The position numbers and the translations under genes are program-made. This document shows positions 38,310 to 48,809 of a stretch of 64,000 nt of DNA, one piece after another. Origin of the DNA: Candidatus Liptonbacteria bacterium. Lineage in GTDB: Bacteria > Patescibacteriota > Minisyncoccia > UBA6257 > 2-01-FULL-56-20. The DNA lies in NCBI GenBank assembly GCA_016204385.1, contig JACQKW010000015.1:98155-162154 (forward strand). The letters are read 5' to 3'. Within the stretch, counting starts at the first letter, position 1, and each line of letters starts with the position of its first letter. Below the pieces are notes generated by a model. The model made no database searches. It saw nothing but the letters and a program-made list of their open reading frames with translations, and was not told where the DNA came from.

Positions 38310-39723
38310 GTGCGTAGAAAAAGTAATGCCCGAGTGCGAGAAAGAAGAAGAGGTTGATATAGATGGGCAAAACGTCGAAAAGCGCGAGTCCCTGCACGAA
38401 GTATCCCATTGGCATCGCAAAAAGAAGGGCGCTTTGGTGGAACGACAGGCCGTGCCGACCGGGGTCTTTTAAAAAACGTCTCTTGAAAAATTCAATATAG
38501 AATACCGCGAGCATTCCGAGGTAGGAAAGGAGGCCGAGAACCCCCGTGGCGGCAAGATAGTCGAACACCACATTATGGGCTCGGTCAAACCACGTCTCCG
38601 TGTTCATGTTCGGGACGAAATGCCTTGGATCAAAATATTTGTCGAAGGTGATGCTGAAATTTTCGGGGCCCCACCCCAAGATCGGGCGTTCTTTGAATCC
38701 CTGCCATGCGGAATTCCACGTCCAAAACCTCGTCTGTATCGTTCTGTCTCCCAGCCCCACGTCCGCGAGTTCAAGAAATCGTGTCCCGGGAATTTTCTTG
38801 ACGACATCGGTATTTCGATAGTACACCAGGAAACCGCCAACGATGAGAAGCCCCGCAAGCGTTCCCCCGATTGCCTTCCTCGCCTGCGGCCGCGCGAAGA
38901 ATAGAGAGAGAAGATAGGCGATACCCCCGGCGCCGAGGCCAAGAAATGCGCCTCGCGTTTGGCTAAGAACGAAAAAGAAGAGGAATACAAGCATCAAGCC
39001 GCTGAACGCAACCCATCCCTTCCAGTTCGCGTTCCCGGTTTTTTTCTTTGGCTCCGCCGAAGAGAGCCAGAGAAACGACGCATAAAAAATTGAGAACATA
39101 AGAAAAGGGGCGACATAGGCGGGGTTCCCGAGCGTGCCCTGAAAGCGCGCAAGGGTGAGCCGCCCCCACGCGCTCTCGGGGAGCGACTCGGACGAGTAGG
39201 GTCCCACGAAACGCACGAGGCGATCGGCATCGGCGCCGCTATTTACGCCCGGTATCTCGAGAACGCCATTTGCAAGAATCCCATAGAGGATCATGAGAAG
39301 CGCGATCGAAAGAAACAGGTAAAAAGCCCTGCGCCACGAAGACCAGTCGCGAAAGTGAAATGTGAGGAGCACGAAAAAGATATAATAATGCATCATCTGA
39401 AACCCGCCCTCGCCCCGTTCGTAGTTCGACCAGAACGCGCCCGAAGGATCGTATGCGAAGAACGATGCGAGAACGTAAAAGAACGCGAAGAGAGATACGG
39501 CGATGAAAAGTGGGTTTGAAACGGCGCGGCGGAAAAGCGACCCTAATTCCCCCGGCCCCGCCTCGAATGCCCAATGAAGGAGAAGAAATATAAGGGAAAA
39601 CTCTATCGAGATCCTGAAGAAATAATACTTCCCGCCGATAAAGGGGAAGAATGTGGCAGAGAGCACCACGAGCGCGCTTGCGAGCGACGCGTAAAGAAAG
39701 AATTTTGATGTGTTACGCAGCAT
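38293..39723 (-). CDS. O-antigen ligase/polymerase family membrane protein (Wzy_C)
   Basis: Start chosen at MLRNTSKFF. It is multi-TM, with a SQTRGAFLGLGAG Wzy_C-type motif and a large loop. Confidence 0.55.
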   Translation of the reverse strand: MLRNTSKFFLYASLASALVVLSATFFPFIGGKYYFFRISIEFSLIFLLLHWAFEAGPGELGSLFRRAVSNPLFIAVSLFAFFYVLASFFAYDPSGAFWSNYERGEGGFQMMHYYIFFVLLTFHFRDWSSWRRAFYLFLSIALLMILYGILANGVLEIPGVNSGADADRLVRFVGPYSSESLPESAWGRLTLARFQGTLGNPAYVAPFLMFSIFYASFLWLSSAEPKKKTGNANWKGWVAFSGLMLVFLFFFVLSQTRGAFLGLGAGGIAYLLSLFFARPQARKAIGGTLAGLLIVGGFLVYYRNTDVVKKIPGTRFLELADVGLGDRTIQTRFWTWNSAWQGFKERPILGWGPENFSITFDKYFDPRHFVPNMNTETWFDRAHNVVFDYLAATGVLGLLSYLGMLAVFYIEFFKRRFLKDPGRHGLSFHQSALLFAMPMGYFVQGLALFDVLPIYINLFFFLALGHYFFYAHEDTR

Positions 39724-39825
39724 TGTACGCCGACGCTGATACGCTAATGGACGCAAATGACGCGGATGAAAATGAAACCGCAATTTGCGTCATTCGAGTG
39801 TATTCGCATATTGGCGTCGCTCTGT

Positions 39826-41349
39826 CTATTTGGCATATTCGACCGCCCGCACCTCTCGGATCACGTTCACTTTTATTTCGCCAGGGTATTTTAACTCGGA
39901 CTGTATCCGCGTCGCAACCTGACGCGCAAGCTCGAGCGCGCCGAAGTCGTCCACTTTTTCAGGTATCACAAAAATGCGCAGCTCGCGCCCCGCAGAGATC
40001 GCATACGCCTGCTTTACGCCCGCAAACTCCTTCGCGATCTTCTCAAGATCCCCAAGCCTCTTAATGTAGTTTTCGAGCGTCCCGCGGCGCGCGCCCGGCC
40101 GCGCTGCGGAGAGCACGTCAACCGCAGTTACGATGTGCGCCTCGGGTATGGCGTACGGATAATCATCGTGATGCGACTGCATTGCAAGAATAACCGCCTC
40201 CTCTATGCCATATTTCTTGAGCAATTTTCTTCCAAGCTCTACGTGGGTTCCCTCGACTTCGTGGTCAATGGCTTTTCCGATGTCGTGAAGGAGCGCCCCT
40301 TTCTTCGCAACCTCCACGTTCAAGCCAAGTTCCGCGGCGATCACTCCGGCGAGGTGCGCCATCTCAAGCGAATGCGTAAGCACGTTCTGCCCAAAACTTG
40401 TCCTGAAATGAAGGCGCCCCAGAAGCTGGATGATGTCTTTTGGAAGATTGTAAATTCCCACTTCGTTCGCGGCCGCTTCGCCGATTTCGAGAATGCGCTT
40501 CTGCAATTCTTGTTTTGCCTCCTCGACTTTCTCTTCGATTTTCGCAGGTTGGATCCTGCCGTCTTTCAGAAGCTTCTCGAGCGCAAGGCGCGCAACCTCG
40601 CGGCGATACGGATCGAACGAGGAGATTACGATTGAATCCGGCGTCTCGTCAATCACAAATTCCACCCCGGTCGCGCGTTCGAGCGCGCGGATATTCCGCC
40701 CCTCTCGTCCGATGATTTTTCCCTTGAGTTCTTCGTCTGAGAGCGGAAACAGCGTGGTAGTGATCTCCGAAACATGGGAGCGCGCGAAACGCTGCAGCGC
40801 GCCGACGATAATGTCGGCGCTTCGCTTTTCGACTTCGTCGCGCCGTTCCTGATTCAGTTTCTGCGTGAGCGCCGCAAGGTCGTTCCGGTACGCCTCGCGC
40901 ACATCTCGGAGCATTTCGTTTCGGGCGTCTTCTCGCGAGAGGCCGCTCATTTTCTCGAGCTTTCCCTCAAGCTCTTTTTTTATGGAACCAATTTCGATAT
41001 CGCGCGCCGCCGCCGCTTGGGCGTGTTCCTTTAGTTCCAGTTCGCGCTGATCAAAATCCCTCTGGCGTTTTTCAAGCGTCTCTTCCCGATGGAATAAGCG
41101 GTTCTCGAGGTTGGCGTACTGCGCCTGGCGCTCACGCTCCTCTTTTTTCATTTCCGCCAAAATGCCCGCGGCTTTCTCTTCGCTTTCTAAAACGACTTCC
41201 TTCGCTTTCCTTTCGCTCTCTTCGAGGCGCGATTTAATCTTTCGCTCTACCGAAGTGAGGCGCTGGAGGGAAAGAAATCTCCTTCCCACATACCCGAACG
41301 CAAAACCCAAAATGAGCCCCGCAATCAATGCGAGCGGTGAAAATTGCAT
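39826..41349 (-). CDS. rny: Ribonuclease Y
   Basis: An N-terminal TM helix, a coiled-coil region, a KH domain (IIGREGRNIRALE) and an HD domain (LLHDIGK...). 507 aa. Confidence 0.9.
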   Translation of the reverse strand: MQFSPLALIAGLILGFAFGYVGRRFLSLQRLTSVERKIKSRLEESERKAKEVVLESEEKAAGILAEMKKEERERQAQYANLENRLFHREETLEKRQRDFDQRELELKEHAQAAAARDIEIGSIKKELEGKLEKMSGLSREDARNEMLRDVREAYRNDLAALTQKLNQERRDEVEKRSADIIVGALQRFARSHVSEITTTLFPLSDEELKGKIIGREGRNIRALERATGVEFVIDETPDSIVISSFDPYRREVARLALEKLLKDGRIQPAKIEEKVEEAKQELQKRILEIGEAAANEVGIYNLPKDIIQLLGRLHFRTSFGQNVLTHSLEMAHLAGVIAAELGLNVEVAKKGALLHDIGKAIDHEVEGTHVELGRKLLKKYGIEEAVILAMQSHHDDYPYAIPEAHIVTAVDVLSAARPGARRGTLENYIKRLGDLEKIAKEFAGVKQAYAISAGRELRIFVIPEKVDDFGALELARQVATRIQSELKYPGEIKVNVIREVRAVEYAK

Positions 41350-41614
41350 CGTAGCAATATACTCCTAAATTCTTCATTACGCGGGTGGCCATGGGTGCGA
41401 TGAATGAGTTTTTTAGGAATAGGTGTGTTTTGTTTGTTTGACCGTTTTTCATCCCTAATGCTATTTCAATTCTCGGCACAAGTCAACCGACAGAACGGCT
41501 GTCCCTGTCTTAAAAAACCGAGGGCGGCCTCAATTGCGGAGAGCGCGATACGCCTCCCCGTGCCCTCGAGGGCATATTCCGATACAATATACTCACAGCG
41601 CATATTACGTTCCT

Positions 41615-43150
41615 ATGGCACGCACGGTTCTTCTTATCATATTGGACGGCTTTGGCATTGGCAGGGACGACCAGTCAAACCCGATCTATATGGCACAACC
41701 GGAAACGCTTCGCATGGTCCGCGAGGAATATCCGACCACGAGCCTTCACGCCTCGGGAATCAGCATTGGCCTTCCGTGGGGCGAGGTCGGCAACAGCGAG
41801 GTGGGGCATCTTACGATCGGCGCCGGCAAAGTGCTCTACCAGTACTACCCGAGGATCGTGATGTCCATCCGCGACCAAAGTTTCTTTGAAAACCCCGCGC
41901 TTGCGGGCGCCTTCTCGCATGCCCTCGCACACCGGTCCGCGGTGAACTTCCTGGGCCTCCTTTCGCGAGGCAACGTTCATGCGTCGCTTGAACATCTCCT
42001 TGCGCTTATCCGCATGGCGGAACAGCGCGGCGTGAACTATAAACTGCATCTTTTCGCAGACGGCAAGGATACCCCTCCTTCGTCTATCAGAAAATTCCTC
42101 CGCGAGATCCCCTTTGAGCGGCTCGCGACGCTCACGGGGCGATACTATGCCATGGATCGGGAAGAAAACTGGCAACTCACGAAACGCGCATACGATAACC
42201 TCGTGCACGGAGACGGGGAGCTTGTGCAAAACCCCGAAGAACTGGAGACGGCAATTAAGGCAAATGAGGCGCGCGGGAACAACGAAGAGTACCTTCCCCC
42301 TCTTTCATTCGGGAAAGAGAAGGTGATCGGCGATAATGAAGCGATACTATTCTTCAATTATCGCGAAGACAGCATTCGCCAGTTAAGCGAGAGCTTCATC
42401 CTCCCCAAGTTTGACAAATTTCCCGTAAAAAAGTTCCAAAATTCCTGGATCACGACGTTCTCCCAATACGAAGAGCGTTTCAACGTTCCCGTCGCATTCC
42501 CGGCGGAAACCATCGAACACACATTGGGAGAGGTGCTCGCGGCGAATGGGAAAACCCAGCTTCGCGTCGCAGAGACGTATAAGTACGCGCATGTCACCTA
42601 TTTTTTTAACAACTATCGCGAGGAGCCGTACCAAAACGAGTATCGCGTGCTTATCCCCTCGCTCACCTCCCCCCATATCGAGCAGCATCCCGAGATGATG
42701 GCGTCCGCTATCTCCGATCGGCTGATCCAGGCGCTCGAAAACCAGTCGTTCGATTTTATACTCGCAAATTACGCAAATCCCGACGCGATCGCCCATACGG
42801 GCGACTATGAGGCCTCGATAAAGGCCGTCAAAATCATCGACCATGAACTCGGCCGCGTACTCAAGGCGATCCATGGCACGCCCGCCGCGCTCGTGATCAC
42901 TTCAGACCACGGGAACATGGAGGAGGTCATCAATCCTTTTACGTCGCTCCCCGAGACACAGCACGATCCAAACCCGGTTCCCTTCCATCTCGTTGCTCCG
43001 GAGTATCGGGGGAAGAAGTTCGTCAATAATGCCAATCTTCGCGAACCCATCGGCATTCTTTCGGACGTTGCGCCTACCGTGCTTGCGCTCCTCGGCATTG
43101 CGCCTCCCGAGGATATGAACGGCAAGAACCTTCTTGCGCAACTGCTTTGA
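41615..43150 (+). CDS. gpmI: 2,3-bisphosphoglycerate-independent phosphoglycerate mutase
   Basis: Start at MARTVLLIILDGFGIG. It has the SEVGHLTIGAGK catalytic Ser motif and ends ...TVLALLGIAPPEDMNGKNL. About 511 aa. Confidence 0.9.
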   Translation: MARTVLLIILDGFGIGRDDQSNPIYMAQPETLRMVREEYPTTSLHASGISIGLPWGEVGNSEVGHLTIGAGKVLYQYYPRIVMSIRDQSFFENPALAGAFSHALAHRSAVNFLGLLSRGNVHASLEHLLALIRMAEQRGVNYKLHLFADGKDTPPSSIRKFLREIPFERLATLTGRYYAMDREENWQLTKRAYDNLVHGDGELVQNPEELETAIKANEARGNNEEYLPPLSFGKEKVIGDNEAILFFNYREDSIRQLSESFILPKFDKFPVKKFQNSWITTFSQYEERFNVPVAFPAETIEHTLGEVLAANGKTQLRVAETYKYAHVTYFFNNYREEPYQNEYRVLIPSLTSPHIEQHPEMMASAISDRLIQALENQSFDFILANYANPDAIAHTGDYEASIKAVKIIDHELGRVLKAIHGTPAALVITSDHGNMEEVINPFTSLPETQHDPNPVPFHLVAPEYRGKKFVNNANLREPIGILSDVAPTVLALLGIAPPEDMNGKNLLAQLL

Positions 43151-43512
43151 TCCGCGCCATGAAATTCATTTCTCGTCTCGTAAGCACACTTTTCGGAAAC
43201 GCTGCGGGCATCCTTGCCGCGTGGTACGTGATCCCGGGATTCAACCTTGAGAACCCGGGTATCCTCGAGATCGCGGTCCTCGCGGGCGCCCTTACTGTTC
43301 TGAATATATTCGTGAAGCCGGTGCTCAAACTCCTCTTCGGGCCTCTTCTGCTGCTCACGCTCGGCCTCGGAATCATCGTGATCAATGCATTCCTTCTCTT
43401 TCTCCTTGACACGTGGTCGGAGAACCTTACTATAGAAGGCGTCTTGCCATTCGCCTTTGGCGCGCTCGTGATAAGCGCGGCAAATATCCTGATCCATTTA
43501 TTTGTGAAGTAA
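43147..43512 (+). CDS. Small 4-TM membrane protein (Phage_holin_4_2/DUF-like family)
   Basis: 121 aa with four hydrophobic helices. Its start overlaps the gpmI stop by 4 nt. The family assignment is from memory of similar proteins. Confidence 0.4.
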   Translation: MIRAMKFISRLVSTLFGNAAGILAAWYVIPGFNLENPGILEIAVLAGALTVLNIFVKPVLKLLFGPLLLLTLGLGIIVINAFLLFLLDTWSENLTIEGVLPFAFGALVISAANILIHLFVK

Positions 43513-43532
43513 TCACGCATTGCGCCCGGCAT

Positions 43533-43739
43533 ATGATCAGCATCCTACACATCATTGTTTCGGTTCTGCTCATCGCACTTATCCTCATCCAGGAACGTTC
43601 CGCGGGCCTCTCAAGCCTTTTTGGCGGAGAGGGCTTTGGGTTTTATCAAACGCGGCGGGGCTTGGAAAAAATCGCGTTCTGGAGCACCGTGGGGCTCATC
43701 GTGCTCTTTGTGCTTCTCTCGATCGTTCAGTTATACTGA
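43533..43739 (+). CDS. secG: Preprotein translocase subunit SecG
   Basis: MISILHIIVSVLLIALILIQERSAGLSSLFGGEGF has the typical SecG first helix and the glycine-rich loop. 68 aa. Confidence 0.65.
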   Translation: MISILHIIVSVLLIALILIQERSAGLSSLFGGEGFGFYQTRRGLEKIAFWSTVGLIVLFVLLSIVQLY

Positions 43740-43766
43740 ACGAAAGGGTTCCTCCTCCCGCGCCCC

Positions 43767-45452
43767 ATGCCGCGTGACGCGGCGCTCTGCGTTAAACGTA
43801 TGCTCACAAAACTCAAGAAGATATATCGCGTGCTTTCGCGCACCGAACGCGCCGCGTTCGCGGCATCGGTCGCGATTGCAGCCGTCACGTCGGTCATTCT
43901 CGCAGGCACGGTGATCGGAAAGGTCACCAAGGCGGTCGCGGCGCGAGGCGGAAGCTACAGCGAGGGCGTCGTGGGGCAACCCTCGTTCGTAAATCCCGTC
44001 ATCGCATCGAATGATGCGGACAAAAGCCTCGTGCGGCTTCTCTTCAGCAACGTGATGGACCTAAGCGAGAAGGTTGAGCCGGAGGGCGAGGGGCGGGTGT
44101 GGGTGTTGAGGCTCAAGGAAAACCTTGCGTGGCACGACGGAGAGGAACTCACGAGCGACGACGTTCTCTTCACCGTCCGGAAGATACAAGACCCCGACAG
44201 CCGCTCGCCGCTCTTCGAAAGCTGGCAGGGCGTCCGCCTTGAGCGCGTAAGCAGCCGCGAGGTGCGCTTTAATCTCGGAAATCCGTATGTATTCTTTGCC
44301 TCAAACCTTAAAAACCTCTATGTGCTCCCGAAGCACCTCTACGAGCATATCCCGGTTGCGAATTGGAGGATTTCTGAATTCAACTTAAAACCCGTGGGCA
44401 GCGGTCCGTATGTGTTTGACTCCTACGACACGCGGCCAGACGGTTTTATCACCGAATATCGCATCAAGCCGAATGGCGAATATTTCGACGCGAGGCCTTT
44501 CATATCGAATATCACGTTCCGCTTCTATCAAAATAAGGACGAGCTCATTCACGCATTCAATGGAGGCCGCATAGACGGGCTCGCGGGCATTGAAATGCGC
44601 GAGCTTGAACAAATCGGGAGGCCGTACGGCGTGGAGTACTTCCAACTCCCGAACTATTACGCGGTATTCTTTAATCAAAACCAAAATATCGCCCTGAAAG
44701 AGCGGGAGGTGCGGCGAGCGCTCGCCGCAGCCGTCGATCGCCAGAAACTCGTTGCGGAAATTTTTAAGGGTCGCGCAGCCGTGGTGACGGGGCCGATCCC
44801 GCACGACACCGACCTTGCTCGCGCAACGATTCACGCCTCGCCCGCTTCGGCGGATGCGGCGAACGAGATTTTGGAAGATGCGAAATGGGCGCGGGGCGAA
44901 ACCGGAATCCGCGAAACACGGGTAAGGAACTCCGCAATTCACCTCGAACTTACGCTCACCGTCCCCGACGTGCCGTTCCTTGTCCGCACGGCGGAATATC
45001 TTAAATCAGCGTGGGAGGAAATCGGCGCGGCGATACATATCAACCTCGTTCCGCTCGAGGAGGTTGCCGACCCCATAATCAAAAATCGCGAGTACCAGAT
45101 GATATTATTCGGGAACATCTTAAACGCCGGGTCAGACCTCTATTCGTTCTGGCACTCGTCGGAACGCTTCCATCCCGGGCTGAACTTGAGTCTTTATCAC
45201 AATGACAAAGTAGACGGACTCATCGAATCCATACGGCAAAACTTCGACGTCGAACGCGCCGAGTCGCTCTATCGCGAGCTTCAGGAGCGTATCGTCGAAG
45301 ACTTTCCGGCGATCTTCCTCTATTCGCCCGATTATCTCTACGTCACCGGCAAGGAACTCAAAGGAATGTCGCCGCGGCTTATCACGGAACCCGCCGACCG
45401 ATTCAGCAACATTGCCGATTGGCATCTGAAGACAAAACGTGTCCTCAAGTAA
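43767..45452 (+). CDS. ABC transporter substrate-binding protein, family 5 (oligopeptide/nickel-type)
   Basis: An N-terminal signal-anchor, the size (about 550 aa) and the SBP_bac_5-like central region (LRL.E.L.WHDG...T..DV.F). Confidence 0.7.
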   Translation: MPRDAALCVKRMLTKLKKIYRVLSRTERAAFAASVAIAAVTSVILAGTVIGKVTKAVAARGGSYSEGVVGQPSFVNPVIASNDADKSLVRLLFSNVMDLSEKVEPEGEGRVWVLRLKENLAWHDGEELTSDDVLFTVRKIQDPDSRSPLFESWQGVRLERVSSREVRFNLGNPYVFFASNLKNLYVLPKHLYEHIPVANWRISEFNLKPVGSGPYVFDSYDTRPDGFITEYRIKPNGEYFDARPFISNITFRFYQNKDELIHAFNGGRIDGLAGIEMRELEQIGRPYGVEYFQLPNYYAVFFNQNQNIALKEREVRRALAAAVDRQKLVAEIFKGRAAVVTGPIPHDTDLARATIHASPASADAANEILEDAKWARGETGIRETRVRNSAIHLELTLTVPDVPFLVRTAEYLKSAWEEIGAAIHINLVPLEEVADPIIKNREYQMILFGNILNAGSDLYSFWHSSERFHPGLNLSLYHNDKVDGLIESIRQNFDVERAESLYRELQERIVEDFPAIFLYSPDYLYVTGKELKGMSPRLITEPADRFSNIADWHLKTKRVLK

Positions 45453-46442
45453 CGCGGCGCGGGAATTTAAGAAGAATATACTCGGATGGAATCTCCAGCT
45501 TGGTTTCTCGCACCTCACCACATCGAATCTTCGCGTGCTCGCGAGAGCCCGCCCCAAGAGCATTGTCGTCGTCGGCATCGGCGGATCAGGCCTTGCCGGG
45601 GACATTCTCTCGTCCGTACGCCGCGAAATTGGCCTCCGCATTCCGCTATTCATATGGAAAGACTACGGCACGCCGGGAGAAGAAACGGCGGGGCTCCTGC
45701 GCCCTTTGTACGTCTTCGTCTCGTTCTCGGGCAATACCGAGGAGACGCTCTCCGGCCTTGAAGGATTCGCGCGCGCGGGGAAAATCCGGGAGAACGTCGC
45801 GGTGGTGACCACGGGGGGAAAAATGAAATCGCTTGCAGAACGGCTCCGCCTCCCGTGCGTGGAGTTTCCCGCCGGGAGCTTGACACCGAGGCAGGCAACG
45901 GGTAGTATGTTCTATGGAATAGTAACTGCGCTTCGCGCGGCGGGACTCGGGCTCCGCGTGCCGGTGTTCCCCCGCATTCGCTCCGCACGCGGGGAACACC
46001 CCGCAAAGGCGCTCGCGCGGCAACTGAAGAAAAGACTGCTTCTGTTTTACACCGATGAATCATACCGCCCCGTGGGGGCAATATGGAAAATAAAGTGCAA
46101 CGAAACCGCCAAGACGCTCGCGTTCGCGAACGTAGTGCCGGAAATGAACCACAACGAGCTCGTAGGATTTGAAACATTGCGTGTTCCCGCCTCCGCCATT
46201 TTCTTCGAAGATCCCGGAACATATCCCCGCACAAAAAAAGATTTCGAATCACAAAGAAACTTCTCTCCGCCCGAGGCGTACGCGTGCATACCCTGAAACT
46301 CGCGGGAGGGCATACGCTTGAAAAAATCTGGAACTCGCTCATCTTTGCAGACTGGACCACGTACCACTTGGCGCGCATGACCGGCGTAGATCCGAGCGAA
46401 ACGAAGATCATTGATGCGCTCAAGCGCAGCATGAAATCGTAA
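45439..46442 (+). pseudogene. pgi: Bifunctional phosphoglucose/phosphomannose isomerase (SIS type) interrupted by a +/-1 frameshift at an A7 tract (46233..46239)
   Basis: Frame 1 ends at 46296 (...YACIP*). The +2 frame continues through ...RGVRVHTLKLAGGHTLEKIWNSLIFADWTTYHLARMTGVDPSETKIIDALKRSMKS to a TAA at 46440, matching the PGI/PMI C-terminus. Adding one A to the A7 run restores a single ORF. Confidence 0.55.
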
Positions 46443-46460
46443 AAGTGTTTCCACTCGCTC

Positions 46461-46544
46461 GCCCCCCTGGCGGAATCGGCAGACGCACAGGTTTCAGGAA
46501 CCTGTGGGAGTAATCCCGTAGAGGTTCAAATCCTCTGGGGGGCA
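46461..46544 (+). tRNA. tRNA-Leu (anticodon CAG), type II with a long variable arm. CCA is not encoded.
   Basis: Folded by hand. The acceptor pairs GCCCCCC/GGGGGGC. The D-stem is 3 bp. The anticodon stem is CAGGT/ACCTG with loop TTCAGGA. The variable arm is about 15 nt. The T-arm is AGAGG-TTCAAAT-CCTCT. The discriminator is A. Confidence 0.8.
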
Positions 46545-46595
46545 CGAATAAATAGTGGCGATTCGTACATTCGTAACACATTCGCTATTCGCAAC

Positions 46596-48386
46596 ATGAT
46601 GGCAAGAAAATTACCTTCACGCTCACGGCCGTATGGCCGCCCTTCGCGCGCATCAACAGAGAGGCGTCCATTTCCTCGTACGCATGCCAAACCCATGCCA
46701 GAAAAACCCCAAAAAGAGGGCGGCGAACCGCGCCTCCGCTTCGTGCCGCTCGGCGGACTCGAAGAAATAGGGCGGAACTGCTCCTTCTTCGAATATAAAA
46801 ACGAGATCGTCGTCGTTGACGTCGGCATCCAATTCCCCGAAGAGGAAACCCCGGGAATTGACTACATCATTCCGAACGTCGAGTATCTCGAAAAGAAGAA
46901 GGCGAACATCCAGGGCATCATCCTCACGCACGGCCACTACGACCATATCGCCGCAATTCACTATCTCATAGGAAAACTCGGCAACCCTCCCATTTATACC
47001 GCCGCATTCACCCGCGCGATGGTTGAAAAGCGGCACGAGGAATTCACGAACGCGCCCAAGCTCATGTTTCACACCGTGAAGGACGGTGAACGGGTAAAAA
47101 TTTCGGAACACTTCTCCGCTCGGTTTTTTGACATTGAGCACACCATTCCGGAGGCGCTCGGGTTCGCGCTCGAAACGCCGGTCGGAAAAATGGCGAGTTT
47201 CGGCGATTTCCGCCTCGACATCGGCAAAGACGGCACGCCCGAACATCTCGAAAAATTCGAAGCGCTGGGCCGCGAGGGCATCCTCTCCCTCTTCCTCGAC
47301 TCGACGGGCGCCGACATACGCGGAGCGTCGCTCTCCGAACGCACGATCGAAGAAAACATAGAGGCGCTTATGAAAGACGCGCCCGGCCGCGTCGTGATCG
47401 GCATTTTCTCCTCGCTTATTGACCGCATTTTGGAAATTGTAAAAATCGCCGACCGGCTCGGCCGCAAAGTGGCGGTAAACGGCCGCTCGATGAAAACCAA
47501 CCTCGACATCGCAAAAAATCTCGGCTATTTCAAAGACGAGAAAGGAGTGATGATTCCGCTCGAAGAAATCGGCAAACACAAAGACAACAAAATCGTGGTG
47601 CTCACGACCGGCGCCCAGGGAGAACAGAACGCGGGCCTCATGCGCATTGTGAACGGCGAACACCGGCTTATGAAACTGAAATCGACCGACACCGTCATAT
47701 TCTCCTCTTCGGTTATCCCCGGGAACGAGCGCAGCGTGCAAACCTTACAAGACAACATCGCACGGCAGGTACGCGAAGTGTACAACTCAAAACTTCTCGA
47801 CATCCACGTAAGCGGGCACGCAAACGGCGAGGACCTCAGGGTGGTGCTCTCTTTGGTAAAACCTAAATTCGTGGTGCCCGTCCACGGCTACTATTTTAAA
47901 CGGAAATCAGTCGTGAAAATTGCTGAGTCGGCCGGAATGAAAGGGGAACAGGTAATACTGATGGACAACGGCCAGGTTGCCGAGGTTGGCCCCGATCATT
48001 TCCGCGTGACGAATGAGACTGTGCCTGCGTCGTACGTGATGGTGGACGGCTTGGGGGTGGGCGACGTCGAAGAGGTGGTGCTCCGCGACCGGCGCGCACT
48101 CGCGCAGGAAGGCATGGTCGTCATCATCATGACCGTAGATCGTAAGAACGGGCGGCTCCTCAAGAGCCCCGACATCATCTCCCGCGGATTCATCCATATC
48201 AAGGAACACCACGAGGTGCTCGAGGAAATACGAAAGCGGCTCCGCGGTTTAATCTCACGCCTTCCTTCGTACCAACCCATCGAGAGCGACTATTTAAAAA
48301 CGCTCATCCGCGATCAGATAGGGCAATTCCTGTATACTAAGACAAGGCGGAGGCCCATGATACTGCCGGTAGTCATTGAAATTTAG
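46596..48386 (+). CDS. rnj: Ribonuclease J (metallo-beta-lactamase / beta-CASP)
   Basis: HGHYDH motif and the LDSTGA and HVSGHA beta-CASP motifs. About 560-596 aa. The true start may be internal. Confidence 0.85.
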   Translation: MMARKLPSRSRPYGRPSRASTERRPFPRTHAKPMPEKPQKEGGEPRLRFVPLGGLEEIGRNCSFFEYKNEIVVVDVGIQFPEEETPGIDYIIPNVEYLEKKKANIQGIILTHGHYDHIAAIHYLIGKLGNPPIYTAAFTRAMVEKRHEEFTNAPKLMFHTVKDGERVKISEHFSARFFDIEHTIPEALGFALETPVGKMASFGDFRLDIGKDGTPEHLEKFEALGREGILSLFLDSTGADIRGASLSERTIEENIEALMKDAPGRVVIGIFSSLIDRILEIVKIADRLGRKVAVNGRSMKTNLDIAKNLGYFKDEKGVMIPLEEIGKHKDNKIVVLTTGAQGEQNAGLMRIVNGEHRLMKLKSTDTVIFSSSVIPGNERSVQTLQDNIARQVREVYNSKLLDIHVSGHANGEDLRVVLSLVKPKFVVPVHGYYFKRKSVVKIAESAGMKGEQVILMDNGQVAEVGPDHFRVTNETVPASYVMVDGLGVGDVEEVVLRDRRALAQEGMVVIIMTVDRKNGRLLKSPDIISRGFIHIKEHHEVLEEIRKRLRGLISRLPSYQPIESDYLKTLIRDQIGQFLYTKTRRRPMILPVVIEI

Positions 48387-48421
48387 CCAATAGCCAGTAG
48401 GGTTTAGGGGGTGGAGATCAG

Positions 48422-48784
48422 ATGTTAAATTCGTATCAGGAACTCACGGTGTGGAAAAAGAGTATCGAGTTGGTTACGGAAATTTATTCTCTCACCAATC
48501 TTTTTCCTAAAGCAGAAATATATGGCATTACAAGTCAGATGAGACGATCGGCAATTTCTATCCCCTCGAATATTGCAGAAGGTTATACAAGGAAACATCT
48601 CCAGGAATATATCCAATTTATAAGAATTGCATTCGGTTCTAGCGCAGAATTGGAAACACAACTTATCATTAGTAAAAAATTAGGGTTCGCTCCCCTCGAG
48701 AAATTTGAAAAGTCTGAACGATTACTCATCGAGGTTAAAAAGATGTTAAATAAGATGGTCGCATCCTTAATGGCTAAGCTCTAG
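48422..48784 (+). CDS. Four-helix-bundle protein (23S rRNA intervening-sequence protein family)
   Basis: 120 aa. It has EIYGITSQMRRSAISIPSNIAEG and FIRIAFGSSAELETQL. There is a sharp local GC drop to about 38%. Confidence 0.8.
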   Translation: MLNSYQELTVWKKSIELVTEIYSLTNLFPKAEIYGITSQMRRSAISIPSNIAEGYTRKHLQEYIQFIRIAFGSSAELETQLIISKKLGFAPLEKFEKSERLLIEVKKMLNKMVASLMAKL

Positions 48785-48809
48785 CGAGTACCCTATTGGC
48801 TACACCCTA

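Noticed and set aside
46047-46454. 135-aa minus-strand ORF over the pgi 3' region
   Set aside because: It is antisense to the frameshifted PGI/PMI gene, whose two pieces carry the recognisable family C-terminus.
46653-47741. 362-aa minus-strand ORF
   Set aside because: It is antisense to RNase J, which has HGHYDH and beta-CASP motifs. No motifs are seen in the minus-strand ORF.
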